Shown here one piece after another: positions 38,350 to 48,836 of a DNA stretch of 64,000 nt (its first letter is position 1; every line of letters begins with the position of its first letter). The DNA comes from Candidatus Xenobia bacterium (lineage in GTDB: Bacteria > Vulcanimicrobiota > Xenobia > Xenobiales > QWHO01), in NCBI GenBank assembly GCA_045863235.1, contig BTUM01000001.1:224001-288000 (forward strand), given 5' to 3'. Under the pieces are notes generated by a model. It worked only from the letters and a program-made list of their open reading frames with translations. It did not search any database and was not told the DNA's origin. Made by a program: the position numbers and the translations under genes.

Positions 38350-40010
38350 CAGATCCGCCCTCCCCGAGCCCACAGGTCGATACTGGCTTCATCCAGCACC
38401 ACCACCGCCTGCTCGCTGGTATGGGGGTCGGCCTGGTAGACCGCCTTCTCGTCGATGGGCGGCAGATTCTGGAAGGCGCTGAACTCGGGGCGAGCGGCCA
38501 GGTCGGACTTGATCTTGTCCAGCACGAGGTTGGCCACGACCGCATGGCCGGTATCGCTGGGGTGGACTCCGTCGTAGCTGAAGAGCCCGTCGCGGCCCTG
38601 CTCGTCGAGGGCGCCGGTCATCCCGGTGCCAACCGTCAGGTCCTCACCCTGGCCACGCAGCGCTCGGCCTTCCTGGCGTGCCTGGTTGAAGGCCGAGTGC
38701 ACGTCCACCACGTGGACTCGCCCGTCCAGGCTGGCGGCTTCCTCGATGGCGGCGTTGTAGGACGCGATGCGCGAGCTGATGGTCCCCAACTCGTCCGGGT
38801 CGAGCACGTCGTCCTCACCCAGCAGCGCGTCCTGCGAGGCGATGCGGGCGGCCAGGTCTTCTCGACTGCGCGGAGCTCCCGTGCTGGTGAGCTTCTGTAC
38901 CAGCACGGCCAGATTGACCCGCGTCCCGGGGGGGAACTGGGTGCGCCCTCCCGCCCCCGTACCGGCCACCTGGTCGGGGATGACCATGGTTTCCAGCTCT
39001 TCGGTCACGTCCTCCCCGTTCTTGAGCACCACCCGGAAGGGCAGGTCGCCCACCGGCTTGCCCACCTCGCGCAGAAGCGGCACCACGTGGACGTCGGGAA
39101 TGTTGAGCAGCATGATCTCGGCCCGGGTATCCCGCAGCATGCGGCCTACCAGCCCATAAGGACCCAGGAGCTGCGAGCGGAAGCCCTCTCGCGGCCCCTC
39201 GTCCACTCGGGTGTGGGTCTGGCCCGTAATCGGATTGGCCACCTGGTAGACCCACTGGCGATCCTCGGTCGGGGTGAGCACGGCGTCGTCGATGCGGCCC
39301 GAGAGGATGCCCGCCAGGGCGTCGCTGTTGCCGGCCCAGATGACCGCCAGGTGGGGGTCCTTGGCAATGGCCTGCTCGGCCTGAGAGCCGTTGCCCGCGG
39401 TCTTGCCGTTGCCCAGGGTGGCCCGGATGAGCGGCACCTCCTGGGTCAAGGAAGGCAGACCCTCCAGGCCCTGGTGGACTTCGCGCAGGTAGTCGTTCAT
39501 GGTGTGGGTATCCTGCAGATGGCGCAACTCGTGCCCGGCCATGGCGAAGTTCGACTGGGGGTTCTCGGGAGTGTCCCTGGACTCGAGGGTGCGCTTGCCG
39601 AAGTCAGGCACCGCCTCCCAGACCGGTACCACCCAGTTGGGCGAGCCCACGAAGTGGGTGTAGAGAGCCAGGGGGGCCACCGCCACCCCCAGCTTGAGCA
39701 GTTGGCGCTGGCTCTGGCCCGAATCGGCGTCCTCGCCCTGAAACGGCCCGAAGGGGATGCCCTGACCGCTCAGGTAGGGCATGTTGAATCGGATGCCGGC
39801 GTGGTCGGCCAACTGCTTGACGTAGACTTTCTGCTGGCGGGCTTCGACGGTGACGCCGTCCTGGGCGCCGCTGGTGAACCCGTCGCCCAGGCTGACCATG
39901 CGGAAACCATCCGAGCGCCCCGCTGTGGGAGCCTCGGAGTCGTCGGTGGCCAGAGCGCCCTCCGGGACAGGCCCCCGGCCGGCGACCCCTCCCATGGCTT
40001 GAATGCGCAT
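38349..40010 (-). CDS. SGNH/GDSL hydrolase-like protein with substituted nucleophile
   Basis: LGDGFTSG (block I), WAGNSD (block III), FSYDGVHP (block V). Confidence 0.75.
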   Translation of the reverse strand: MRIQAMGGVAGRGPVPEGALATDDSEAPTAGRSDGFRMVSLGDGFTSGAQDGVTVEARQQKVYVKQLADHAGIRFNMPYLSGQGIPFGPFQGEDADSGQSQRQLLKLGVAVAPLALYTHFVGSPNWVVPVWEAVPDFGKRTLESRDTPENPQSNFAMAGHELRHLQDTHTMNDYLREVHQGLEGLPSLTQEVPLIRATLGNGKTAGNGSQAEQAIAKDPHLAVIWAGNSDALAGILSGRIDDAVLTPTEDRQWVYQVANPITGQTHTRVDEGPREGFRSQLLGPYGLVGRMLRDTRAEIMLLNIPDVHVVPLLREVGKPVGDLPFRVVLKNGEDVTEELETMVIPDQVAGTGAGGRTQFPPGTRVNLAVLVQKLTSTGAPRSREDLAARIASQDALLGEDDVLDPDELGTISSRIASYNAAIEEAASLDGRVHVVDVHSAFNQARQEGRALRGQGEDLTVGTGMTGALDEQGRDGLFSYDGVHPSDTGHAVVANLVLDKIKSDLAARPEFSAFQNLPPIDEKAVYQADPHTSEQAVVVLDEASIDLWARGGRI

Positions 40011-40085
40011 GGACAGGATACTAGGCTGGTCCTGTCCGGCTTGCCAGATCCAGGATGTTACATCCTCGGTCGGGAATCTGGCCGG

Positions 40086-40358
40086 ATGAAGGTGGCGGCT
40101 GCCCTGCTGGGTTTGTTCTGGTTGGCCACGCTGGTCCCCGCAGCACTGGCCATAGCGGCCACGCCCGTCCTGCTCCAGATGCCGACCCTTCGTTCCTTGG
40201 CCCTGGTGGCCTCGGTCTGGACCTATCCTCTCACTGTGCTGGCAGCTCTGGCGCTGACCTGGCGCGGCTGGCCGCGTGCCCGCCCTCTCTGGCTGCCGGC
40301 CGCGCACCTGGGCCTGGTGATGGCCATCCTGTTCCTGGGCATCGGGGTGGCTCGATGA
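40086..40358 (+). CDS. small membrane protein
   Basis: Three hydrophobic segments; ATGA overlap with the next gene. Confidence 0.6.
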   Translation: MKVAAALLGLFWLATLVPAALAIAATPVLLQMPTLRSLALVASVWTYPLTVLAALALTWRGWPRARPLWLPAAHLGLVMAILFLGIGVAR

Positions 40359-41317
40359 AGCCGTTTCCCGTGCCCTATGACCTGGAGGAGGGCTCTCGGG
40401 TCCTGGTGGCAGGCTGCGGCGGCGGCTACGACGTGGTTTGCGCCCTGCCCATCGCGCTCGAGCTGCGTCGTCTCGGTCACACCGTCCACCTGGCCAGCTA
40501 CGGCTTCACCGAGCTCACCCGGGTCGGGGGGGTGGAGCAGCCGCGCCCGGGCCTCTACTCGATTCACTCGGGCTGTGAGCCGCCTCCCAACGGCTACTTT
40601 CCCGAGGGTTTCCTGAGCAAGTGGTGGGATCGAACTTTCCAAGAGGAGAAGCCCGTTTGGGCCTACCGCCGGGTGGGCGTGCTGGAGCTCAAGGAGCACT
40701 TTGAGTACCTGACCGAGCAGCTTGGCTTGAACGCCATCGTCATCGTGGACGGCGGCGTGGATTCCCTGTTCTTCGGCGATGAGCACGACGAGGGCACCCC
40801 CACGTTGGATGCCATCTCGCTGATCGCCGCTTACGCCCAACGCGATCTGCGCCGTTACTTCGCGCTGACCGCTTTTGGCACGGAGGGCACCGGTCATTCC
40901 GTGCGTCACTACGATGCGCTCGAGCACATGGCTGCCCTGGAGAGGCAGCGTGGAGCCTTGCTGGGAGTCTCGGCGCTGGTGCGGGGCTCGGAGCCGGGCG
41001 AACGGTTCTTGTCGGCCCTGGAGTACATCCACGAGCGGATGGATCGCGTCTGGCATTCCAACATGGCCAGCTCCATCGCCGCCGCCATGCGAGGAGTGTT
41101 CGGGCACGCCCCCATCACCGTCAAGGCCGAGACCACGCCCATCTGGGTCAGCCCGCTGCAGCAGCTTTACTGGTTCTATGAGCTCGACCCGGTGGCCGAG
41201 GCCAAGCCCTATCTGCAGCAGGCTTTGAAGACCGAGGGAGTGGGCCAGATGCAGGCTCTCATTCAGGACTATCGCGACCGGCAGGGGATCAAAGCCTCGC
41301 GCGATATCCCCATCTAG
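40355..41317 (+). CDS. DUF1152 family protein
   Basis: VLVAGCGGGYDV, YFPE, VDGGVDSL..GDE...GTP. Confidence 0.8.
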   Translation: MKPFPVPYDLEEGSRVLVAGCGGGYDVVCALPIALELRRLGHTVHLASYGFTELTRVGGVEQPRPGLYSIHSGCEPPPNGYFPEGFLSKWWDRTFQEEKPVWAYRRVGVLELKEHFEYLTEQLGLNAIVIVDGGVDSLFFGDEHDEGTPTLDAISLIAAYAQRDLRRYFALTAFGTEGTGHSVRHYDALEHMAALERQRGALLGVSALVRGSEPGERFLSALEYIHERMDRVWHSNMASSIAAAMRGVFGHAPITVKAETTPIWVSPLQQLYWFYELDPVAEAKPYLQQALKTEGVGQMQALIQDYRDRQGIKASRDIPI

Positions 41318-41506
41318 GAGCGCGGCCGGCCACAGGGGGGTTTGCGTCCGGACTTCTAGGAGCGCAGCCGGAAACCCCCTTGACACGGTTTTCCGGCTGC
41401 GTGACGCCCAACATGTTGTGCTAGAAGTTCGGCCGCCTACAGTATCTTGTGGTGGCGGAGGTTCCCTCCGACACCACGGGGGGTTTGCGGCCGGACTTCT
41501 AGCTAG
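41314..41506. repeat. mosaic of CTAG-bounded palindromes (families B and C)
   Basis: Five CTAG; GCAGCCGGAAA/TTTCCGGCTGC hairpin; CTAGAAGT..CTTCTAG long hairpin; GGGGGGTTTGCG.CCGGACTTCTAG twice. Confidence 0.85.
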
Positions 41507-41574
41507 GCAGGAATCCCTGACCTCGGGTCATGAAGCTGTGCTCGAGTTGATCACGCTGTGAAGGAGCCATCCCC

Positions 41575-42219
41575 ATGAAAGCTTCCCTGTTTGGGGCCGT
41601 GCTGGCCTCGGCCCTGTCCCTGGGCGTCCTGGCTCAGACCGACGACCAGAAAGTTCAGGTGGTGGCTCTGCCCGTGCAGATCCAGGGCGATTACCGTCCG
41701 GTTCAGGCGGATCGCTTTCAGAAGCTGCTCGAGGAGAATGTGGAGAAGCTCGCTCCCAGGGCGGACATGGTCTGGGTGGACCCCAAGGACCCGCGACTTT
41801 CGGGGATCGACCTCAGCTTTTCGATGGATCCCGACCAGGTGGCCGCCATCGGGCAGAGGTTCAAGGCGCCTCTGGTGGTCTGGGTCAGCGTCCATTTCGA
41901 AAAGGAGAGCAAACTGGTCAGCGGCGTCGGTGATCTCAATCCCAACCAGTCCAATCCGGCCGGAGTCCAGATGAGCAATCCCTACCGTTACGTGGTGACC
42001 GTGGGTGGGCTGGGGCATCTGCAGGTGGTGGACGTGGCCAAACAGACCGCTCTGATCGACGGGCCGGTGGCACTGTTTCGCAGCGACGTGACCCAGCACC
42101 CTGATGACGGGGAGGGGTTCGGCGGGTTGGAGGAAGAGCTGGCCGCCCAGTCGACCGACGAGCTGGCCGAGCGCATCGTCAAGGTGGCCCAGAAGTACGT
42201 GCGGGCCAACGAGCCCTGA
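41575..42219 (+). CDS. exported hypothetical protein
   Basis: Signal peptide ending VLA; RBS AAGGAG. Confidence 0.75.
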   Translation: MKASLFGAVLASALSLGVLAQTDDQKVQVVALPVQIQGDYRPVQADRFQKLLEENVEKLAPRADMVWVDPKDPRLSGIDLSFSMDPDQVAAIGQRFKAPLVVWVSVHFEKESKLVSGVGDLNPNQSNPAGVQMSNPYRYVVTVGGLGHLQVVDVAKQTALIDGPVALFRSDVTQHPDDGEGFGGLEEELAAQSTDELAERIVKVAQKYVRANEP

Positions 42220-42243
42220 GCACCCGCGGCCCGGGAAACGAGG

Positions 42244-42639
42244 TTACTCGTGCTGGTAAGCCCGCACGGCCTCCACGTCCTTGACCCCGCCGGGCACTCT
42301 CACCACCGCTTTGGCCTCGAATTCGTGGTCGGCGGCCAGGGCCCGGAGCTTGGCGTTGTTCTCCTCGAAAAAGTCCCGCGAGACCCGGTAGCCCGGCTGC
42401 ACGAAGGCGATGTCGTTCCAGGTGCGGATCTTCTCCCAGGGGGCGGAGGCATCGTCGCGGACGTAGAGGTCGATCACCACCGGGCCGGCCTGGCGATGGG
42501 TGCCGGGGTTGCGGACGGTGACCCGGATGTTGACGTCCTCCCCCTTCATCCGAACCAGCAACTGCTCGATCTCGATGTCGGCCCGGGCTGGTAGGAACAG
42601 CAGCAGGCCGAGAACCAGGCCAAAGAAGCTTGATCTCAC
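42244..42639 (-). CDS. exported Ig/CARDB-like protein
   Basis: Signal peptide ..LPARA from GTG 42639; VNIRVTVRNPG. Confidence 0.65.
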   Translation of the reverse strand: MRSSFFGLVLGLLLFLPARADIEIEQLLVRMKGEDVNIRVTVRNPGTHRQAGPVVIDLYVRDDASAPWEKIRTWNDIAFVQPGYRVSRDFFEENNAKLRALAADHEFEAKAVVRVPGGVKDVEAVRAYQHE

Positions 42640-42652
42640 GGGCTGGGTCCTT

Positions 42653-43135
42653 TCAGTGATGGTGGTGATGGCCGCCCGGCCCGTGCACGTGGCCATGGGC
42701 GATCTCTTCCGGCGAGCCTGGGCGGAGCTTGACCACCTCTACCTCGAAGAAGAGCTTCTGTCCTGCCAGCGGGTGGTTGGCGTCGAGCAGCACTTCTTCG
42801 CCTTTGATCTCGATGATACGGGCTCGGATCGTCTCGCCGCCGGGGCCCTGCAGGCCGACCATGGCGCCCTCCTTGATAGGATGGCCGCCGAAATCGGCCT
42901 TCTTCATTCCGAAGCGCAGGTCGGCCCGGACTTCGCCATAGCCATCCTTGGGCTCGACCGTGAAGCTCTTCTTCTCGCCCGGCTGCATGCCGGTCATTTG
43001 CTTCTCGAAGCCCGGAATCAAGTTCTGGTGGCCATGGAGATAAGCCAGCGGCTCCTCGCGCGTCTGGTCCAAGATCTTGCCTTCCTGGTCGCGCAGAGTG
43101 TAGTTGATCTCGACCACGATGTCGTTGGCGATCAC
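42653..43135 (-). CDS. slyD: FKBP-type PPIase SlyD
   Basis: YLHGHQNLIPGFE, DANHPLAG, His-rich tail. Confidence 0.95.
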   Translation of the reverse strand: MIANDIVVEINYTLRDQEGKILDQTREEPLAYLHGHQNLIPGFEKQMTGMQPGEKKSFTVEPKDGYGEVRADLRFGMKKADFGGHPIKEGAMVGLQGPGGETIRARIIEIKGEEVLLDANHPLAGQKLFFEVEVVKLRPGSPEEIAHGHVHGPGGHHHHH

Positions 43136-43461
43136 GGGAGCGGGCCGCCCTTTCCTTTTAAAGTGTCGTTAATCACGATCTGATTGTCCACTTTGGCCAC
43201 CCCGTGGACGCCTCGCGCCAGTTGCTCGGCCTTCTTCTTGGAGGCTTCGTCGGGAACCTCGCCCTTGATCACCACCTGATCGTGCTTTGCTTCGGCGGTC
43301 AGCACGCAGCCCGCCAGGATCGGGTCCTGCTTCAAAGCGACGTTGACGGCGGTCAGGGTGGCCTTATCGATGGGCTCGATGGTGGAGGGAGGTGGGGTGG
43401 CCGGGGCTGCGCAGCCCACCAGTACCAGGGCCGCCATGATGGCCAGCAGAATCCTCGGCAT
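43132..43461 (-). CDS. BON-domain lipoprotein
   Basis: Lipobox LVGC; VVIKGEV...AEQLARGVHGVAKVDNQI. Confidence 0.88.
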   Translation of the reverse strand: MPRILLAIMAALVLVGCAAPATPPPSTIEPIDKATLTAVNVALKQDPILAGCVLTAEAKHDQVVIKGEVPDEASKKKAEQLARGVHGVAKVDNQIVINDTLKGKGGPLP

Positions 43462-43517
43462 GCCCCATTCTTCGCACCCCCGCCAGGGATCCCTGGTCTA
43501 CCCGGGAAGCGGTTCAG

Positions 43518-44702
43518 ATGGGTCCTCTGGAAGGGTTGCGAGTGCTGGAGCTGGCCGGAATCCTGGCTGGCCCGGCGGTGGGCTCGTTTTTCGCCGAACT
43601 GGGGGCGGACGTGGTCAAGGTCGAGAATCCGGCCACCGGGGGCGACCCCACGCGAGGCTGGAGGTTGGCAGGAGAGACAAGCCCCGAGGGGCTCAGCGCC
43701 TACTTCTGCTCGGTCAATTGGGGTAAACGCTCGCTGGCGCTCGATTTCACCAACCAGCGCCCGTTGCTCGACCGTTTGCTGGAGCGGGCCGACGTGGCGC
43801 TGGTGAACTTCCGGCCCGGCAGCGGGATCGACCCGGCCGGACTGGCCAGGGACTATCCGCGCCTGGTGGTTGGCTCGGTGACCGGATACGGCCCTGCCGA
43901 TCCTCGTCCGGGCTTTGACGCCCTGATTCAGGCCGAGTCCGGCTTCATGGAACTGACCGGTCCCCCCGGCGGGCCGGCCTGCAAGCTGCCGGTGGCCTTG
44001 CTCGATCTGCTGGCCGCTCACCAGCTGAAGGAGGGTTTACTGCTGGCACTTTTGGGGCGGGAGAAGACCGGACAGGGAGCGCTGGTGCAGGTCTCCCTCT
44101 GGGAGACGGCTCTGGCCTCGCTGGCCAACGTGGCCACCAACGTTCTGATGGCTGGCTGGGAGCCCTGCAGGTTGGGGAGCGAGCACGCCAATCTGTTTCC
44201 TTACGGCACCCTGCTGCCATGCTCGGATGGGGCGGTTCTGTTGGCGATCGGGACCGACCGCCAGTTCAGCGCCCTGTGTACCGCCCTGGATCGCTCCGAC
44301 CTGACGCGGCTCTATGCCACCAACCGTTTGCGGGTCGAAAAGCGCGAGGAGCTGCGGTCGGAGTTGGAAGCGGCCTGCTCGAGCCTCTCCACCCAGCTTC
44401 TGTTGGAGCGACTTCTCGCCGCTCAGGTGCCGGCCGGCCGAGTGCAGAACGTGCGCCAGGCCCTGGAGAGCCCGGCCGCGCAGGCCCTCCTTCTGGAGGA
44501 TGGTCCCCTGCGTGGCTTGCGCAGTCTCGTTTTCAGCGGGGTGGAGCGGGTCCGTCTGGCTTCCCCGCCGGCTCTGGGGGCTCACAGCCAGGAGGTGGTG
44601 GCCCAGTGGCTTCAGGGAACCTTCTCCAGCGAAGGCTCACCGGCGGGTTCATCGAGCAGCACTTCGCCGGGGGTCAGCCGGTGTCCGCAGAAAGGACAGT
44701 AA
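43518..44702 (+). CDS. class III CoA-transferase (CaiB/BaiF)
   Basis: PLEGLRVLE, LAGP, LGADVVKVE, NFRPG, FDALIQAESG. Confidence 0.93.
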   Translation: MGPLEGLRVLELAGILAGPAVGSFFAELGADVVKVENPATGGDPTRGWRLAGETSPEGLSAYFCSVNWGKRSLALDFTNQRPLLDRLLERADVALVNFRPGSGIDPAGLARDYPRLVVGSVTGYGPADPRPGFDALIQAESGFMELTGPPGGPACKLPVALLDLLAAHQLKEGLLLALLGREKTGQGALVQVSLWETALASLANVATNVLMAGWEPCRLGSEHANLFPYGTLLPCSDGAVLLAIGTDRQFSALCTALDRSDLTRLYATNRLRVEKREELRSELEAACSSLSTQLLLERLLAAQVPAGRVQNVRQALESPAAQALLLEDGPLRGLRSLVFSGVERVRLASPPALGAHSQEVVAQWLQGTFSSEGSPAGSSSSTSPGVSRCPQKGQ

Positions 44703-45226
44703 TCCTGGGGCTGGGTGATGTTCCGCCCGCAGGAGGGGCAGTCCAGGGCGCTCGCATCCGATTCGGGGTCTTCCGTCTCGCCTATGGTGGGGGCTTGAGC
44801 GGCGGCCCCGATCATCGAGAGCAGCACCGAACCCAGGAAAAGGTAGGGCACGCACAGCGCCAGCAAAACGGCCGGAGTCAGTCCTGAGGCGGGTTGGGGC
44901 CGCCAGGCCTGGATCTCCACCTCCTTCTTGGTCAGCAGGGTCAGCGCCAGTGCGGGGTCGGGAACCTCCACCCGCACGATCCCTCCTGCCTGGCGCTCCA
45001 GGTAGAAGATCTGGCCGTCCACCCAGGCACGCCTGTAAAGGCTCTCCTGGGCTTCGGTCCAGAACTGGTTGTAGCCCAGACGCTCGGCCTGATTGAACGG
45101 CGTGGCCAGCCGGGTCAAGGAAAGGGCCAGGGTGGCCAGCAGGATCAGTCCGATCAGCACCACCCCGATGCGAAGAATTCGCCGGCTGTTGTTACGCCGG
45201 CGCCGAGCGTGTCGTTTATCGGTCAC
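44612..45226 (-). CDS. two-TM membrane protein with C-terminal zinc ribbon
   Basis: Two hydrophobic helices; CPSCG...CPFCG. Confidence 0.7.
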   Translation of the reverse strand: MTDKRHARRRRNNSRRILRIGVVLIGLILLATLALSLTRLATPFNQAERLGYNQFWTEAQESLYRRAWVDGQIFYLERQAGGIVRVEVPDPALALTLLTKKEVEIQAWRPQPASGLTPAVLLALCVPYLFLGSVLLSMIGAAAQAPTIGETEDPESDASALDCPSCGRNITQPQDYCPFCGHRLTPGEVLLDEPAGEPSLEKVP

Positions 45227-45972
45227 GTTTGCTCCTGAAGGGTTACCGGCGCAGGCTCGTCGGGGGCCGGTGGCTCGGGTTCGGGGGATCTGGTGCTGGC
45301 TCGACTGGCTTCAGCCAGAAGTCGCGCCGACCAGGTGGGAATCCCGGGGGTGAAAGATGGCAACGTGTCGGGGAGCGGGTCTTCCAGGACCAGCGGCCGC
45401 AGGCTGACGTCGAGCAATCGCTGCAGCTCGAGCAGTCTGGTCATCAGGGAATCGAGCTGTTCGTCGCGCGGGGAGGCGGGTAAAAGGTGCAGCGCGGCCA
45501 CCAGCTCGGAGAGCAAGCGACCCTGGTGCTGCAGCTCCGCAAGCGAAGTCGCCAGCTGGCTGGCCACCACCTCGGAGGCCCCCAGCTCCTTCAGGTGCGC
45601 GCTCCACAGGTCTTCTTGTCGGGCTCGCTCCTCTTGATGTTGGCCCTGGTGGTCGCGGGCCCCCTCCCCTGATTGACGGGACCCTTTGACGCGGACTTCG
45701 ACCTGCTGGATCATCGTCTCCAGAGGCTCAAGCGTTCGTTGCACCTGGAAACCAAGCTCCTGGCAGGCTTGCCGGAACATCAAGTGCAGAGCCAGGCGGT
45801 CAGACGCCGAACGGCTGGCGTCCAGAGCCGACTCAAGGACACCCAATGCGAATTCGCAGCGGTGGGTGAGATGGGAAATCTGGCTGGCGGCGCGGACCGC
45901 TCCCAGCAAGCCCAGCTCGGGCAAACTGAGGCGCTCGGCCAGGGACAGCGCATTTTGCGCGCCGGTTTGCAC
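45223..45972 (-). CDS. hypothetical helical protein
   Basis: GGAGG upstream; coupled to the downstream gene. Confidence 0.6.
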   Translation of the reverse strand: MQTGAQNALSLAERLSLPELGLLGAVRAASQISHLTHRCEFALGVLESALDASRSASDRLALHLMFRQACQELGFQVQRTLEPLETMIQQVEVRVKGSRQSGEGARDHQGQHQEERARQEDLWSAHLKELGASEVVASQLATSLAELQHQGRLLSELVAALHLLPASPRDEQLDSLMTRLLELQRLLDVSLRPLVLEDPLPDTLPSFTPGIPTWSARLLAEASRASTRSPEPEPPAPDEPAPVTLQEQT

Positions 45973-45989
45973 AGCGTTACCTCCAGACC

Positions 45990-48836
45990 TTACGAGCGGG
46001 CCTCGGCGAAGGGGAAAAGGCGCAACAACTCGGAACGCAGGTCTTCCCCGCTGGACTGAGCGTCCAATGCTCTGATCCGCTCCGCCAGACCCGTGTCTTT
46101 CAGTTCGTTTTCCACCCAGTTGGAGAAATCCCCCCGCTCGAGGTGGTAGGCCAGCGAGCCGGGCTCGATGTAGAGCAGGGTGTCCACAAACTCCCGATAG
46201 CTGCGGGCTCGGACTCCCAGGTAACGACCCGGGGTCCAGAAGTGAAAGGCGCGATCTTCGGGCAGCAGCGAATCGTCCAGGGGAGGCTCCATGGCCAGAT
46301 CCACCGGCGAGGGGCGCTCGTTGGCATCCACCTCGCCGCTGATGCTCGACTGCAGCCGCACGACCGCGTCGTGGTAGCTGGTCAAGAGCTCCCGGCTCAA
46401 CTCGGGGGTCGGCCCTTCCGCCCAGAGCTGAAGCTGGGGCTGGGTGGGGTCGGGCAAGACCAGGGCCCAGGAGTCGCCCCGGATGATCTTGACGCCTTCC
46501 AGCATCTGCAACTCGGCTTCTCGATTCTCCTCGATCAAGAGCCGCATGACCCGGCCCTTCTGTTGCCAGGTGCAGGGCACCGACTCCTCCAGCACGTGCA
46601 CGGAGGGTACCTGGGCCACCACCTCGGAAAGTGGCACCTGCTCACCCGCCAGCAGCTCGAGCAGGCGGGCGAAGGCGAACATGGCGTCAAATCCGGGCGA
46701 GAATCCGGGGAAAATGAAGCCCCCGGTGGGGGTGCCGGCCAGTTGGATCCGGCGTTGGCCGACGCTGGCGGTATGCATCAGCGACCGGGTATCCGTGCGG
46801 GTGCGGATCACCCGCCCGTCGTAGTCACGGGCCAGTTTCTCCAGCACCGAGGTGGCCTGGATGGGAGCCGCCACCAGGCTCCCGGGCGTGTGCCGGAAGA
46901 CCATCATGGAGAAGGCGGCCAGAAGCTCGCTGCCCGAGAGGATGCGGCCGGTTTCGTCCACCACCACCAGCTTCTCGACGTCAGTGTCCATCAGCACGCC
47001 CATGTCGGCCTTGAGGGTCATCACGATGTTGGAGAGCGCTTCCAACGACCGGCGAGGCTGCACTTCGGTGGCCTTCTGGGGGTCGAGGTAAGCGTTCAAG
47101 CTCACGGTCTCGCAGCCGAGCTGACCCAGGATGCTCGGCAGGGCCACCGAGGCCTTCCCGTAGCAGTAGTCGATGACCACCCGAAAGCCGGCCTTGCGCA
47201 CCTGATCGACGTCCATGCTGGCCGCGAAGCCCTCCAGGTAACGCTCCAGGGTGCGGGCCGGAAAGTCGATGTGGCCCACCTCATCCATGGTGGTGCGACG
47301 GAAGTCTTCTCGAAAGAAACGGTTCTCGATGCGGCGCTCCATGCCCTTATCGATGTTGATGCCCCGCTCGTCGTAGAACTCGATCTGCAGCGAACGCGGG
47401 TCCTCGGGAGAGACGCGGGTATGAATGCCCCCGGCCGCGGTGCTGTTCTTGAGCACCGTTCGGCTGATGGGCGCGGGGGTAATGCGCAGGTCGCGCACGT
47501 TACATCCGACCGATATCAGGCCGCACATCAGGGCACGATTGGTCATTCGGGCGGCGGGGTGAGAGTCACGCGAGCTGGTGATCACGGAGCCCTTCTCCAG
47601 CGAGGCGCCAAAGGCGGCTCCGAGCTTCAAGGCGAATTCGGGCGTGATCTCGATGTTGCCCAGGCCCGCGATGCCCTCCAGCCCAAAGAGCGAGCCCGGC
47701 CAGCGCTTGCCCCAGATCAGGCTGAGGGAAACGTTGGCTCCCGCCTCGATGTTCTTGTCCGGCCAGACCTTGACCTTGGGCTGCAAAATGGCGCCGGTGC
47801 CAACGAAGACGGCATCGCCCAGAACCACCCCGTCGCCCACCGAGACGTTGTTCTTCAAAGTGGTGTGACGCCCCACGATGCTGCCCGCCAGACGGGTGTT
47901 CTTGCCGACATAGACGTCGCTCCAGAGCACGTCGCGCTGGAGTTGAGCCCCTTCCTCGATGACGCAGTCGTCGCCCAGGACGGTGAAGGACGAGAGGCGG
48001 GCGTTCTCGCGTATGCGGCAGTTCTTTCCTACCACCACGGGGCCCTCGATGTAGGCTGAAGGATGAATCTGACAGCCCTGCCCCATCCAGATCTTGTCTG
48101 AGACGAACTCGCCCGGAGGCTGGTGCTGGACCCGGCCCTCGAGCAGGTCGAGTTGGGCCTGGCGGTACTGCTGAAGGTTGCCCACGTCGCACCAGTAGCC
48201 ATCCACCACGCAGCCGTAGATCGCCTTGCCCCGATCCATGGCGGCCGGAAACAGGTCTTGCGAGAAGTCGTAGGGACGATCATTCTCCATCTGGTCGAGC
48301 AACTCGGGCTCGAGCACGTAGATGCCCGTGTTGACGGTATCCGAGAAGACCTCCGACCAGGTCGGTTTCTCCAGGAAGCGCTCCACCCGGCCGGTGTCGT
48401 CGGTGATGACCACGCCGAATTCGAGCGGGCTCTCGACTCGCGCCAGAGCGATCGTCGCCACTGCCTGCTTGGCGCGATGGAACTCGATGACCCTGGTCAG
48501 GTCGATGTCGGTAAAGGCGTCCCCGCTCAAGACCAGGAAGGTGGAGTCGAGATAGGGTTGCACCTTCTTGATGCTGCCCGCGGTGCCGAGCGGGTCGGCC
48601 TCGATGGAGTAGGTGATCTGCACGCCCCAGTCGGTGCCATCACCGAAGTATGTCATCACCTCGTCGGCCAGATAGTGCAGGGTGACGATCAGGTTGGTCA
48701 CGCCGTGCCGCTTGAGCAGGTCGACCACGTATTCCATCATGGGGCGGTTGCAGATGGGGACCAGCGGCTTGGGCCGATTGCACGTCAGGGGTCGCAGCCG
48801 GGCACCCTGGCCGCCCGCCATCACCACCGCCTTCAC
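45990..48836 (-). CDS. mannose-1-phosphate guanylyltransferase / phosphomannomutase-like fusion with extra C-terminal DUF5752-like domain
   Basis: [17 protein letters not shown], hexapeptide repeats, LFG..GIAG mutase start; tail AFHFWT...[15 protein letters not shown]. Confidence 0.9.
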   Translation of the reverse strand: MKAVVMAGGQGARLRPLTCNRPKPLVPICNRPMMEYVVDLLKRHGVTNLIVTLHYLADEVMTYFGDGTDWGVQITYSIEADPLGTAGSIKKVQPYLDSTFLVLSGDAFTDIDLTRVIEFHRAKQAVATIALARVESPLEFGVVITDDTGRVERFLEKPTWSEVFSDTVNTGIYVLEPELLDQMENDRPYDFSQDLFPAAMDRGKAIYGCVVDGYWCDVGNLQQYRQAQLDLLEGRVQHQPPGEFVSDKIWMGQGCQIHPSAYIEGPVVVGKNCRIRENARLSSFTVLGDDCVIEEGAQLQRDVLWSDVYVGKNTRLAGSIVGRHTTLKNNVSVGDGVVLGDAVFVGTGAILQPKVKVWPDKNIEAGANVSLSLIWGKRWPGSLFGLEGIAGLGNIEITPEFALKLGAAFGASLEKGSVITSSRDSHPAARMTNRALMCGLISVGCNVRDLRITPAPISRTVLKNSTAAGGIHTRVSPEDPRSLQIEFYDERGINIDKGMERRIENRFFREDFRRTTMDEVGHIDFPARTLERYLEGFAASMDVDQVRKAGFRVVIDYCYGKASVALPSILGQLGCETVSLNAYLDPQKATEVQPRRSLEALSNIVMTLKADMGVLMDTDVEKLVVVDETGRILSGSELLAAFSMMVFRHTPGSLVAAPIQATSVLEKLARDYDGRVIRTRTDTRSLMHTASVGQRRIQLAGTPTGGFIFPGFSPGFDAMFAFARLLELLAGEQVPLSEVVAQVPSVHVLEESVPCTWQQKGRVMRLLIEENREAELQMLEGVKIIRGDSWALVLPDPTQPQLQLWAEGPTPELSRELLTSYHDAVVRLQSSISGEVDANERPSPVDLAMEPPLDDSLLPEDRAFHFWTPGRYLGVRARSYREFVDTLLYIEPGSLAYHLERGDFSNWVENELKDTGLAERIRALDAQSSGEDLRSELLRLFPFAEARS

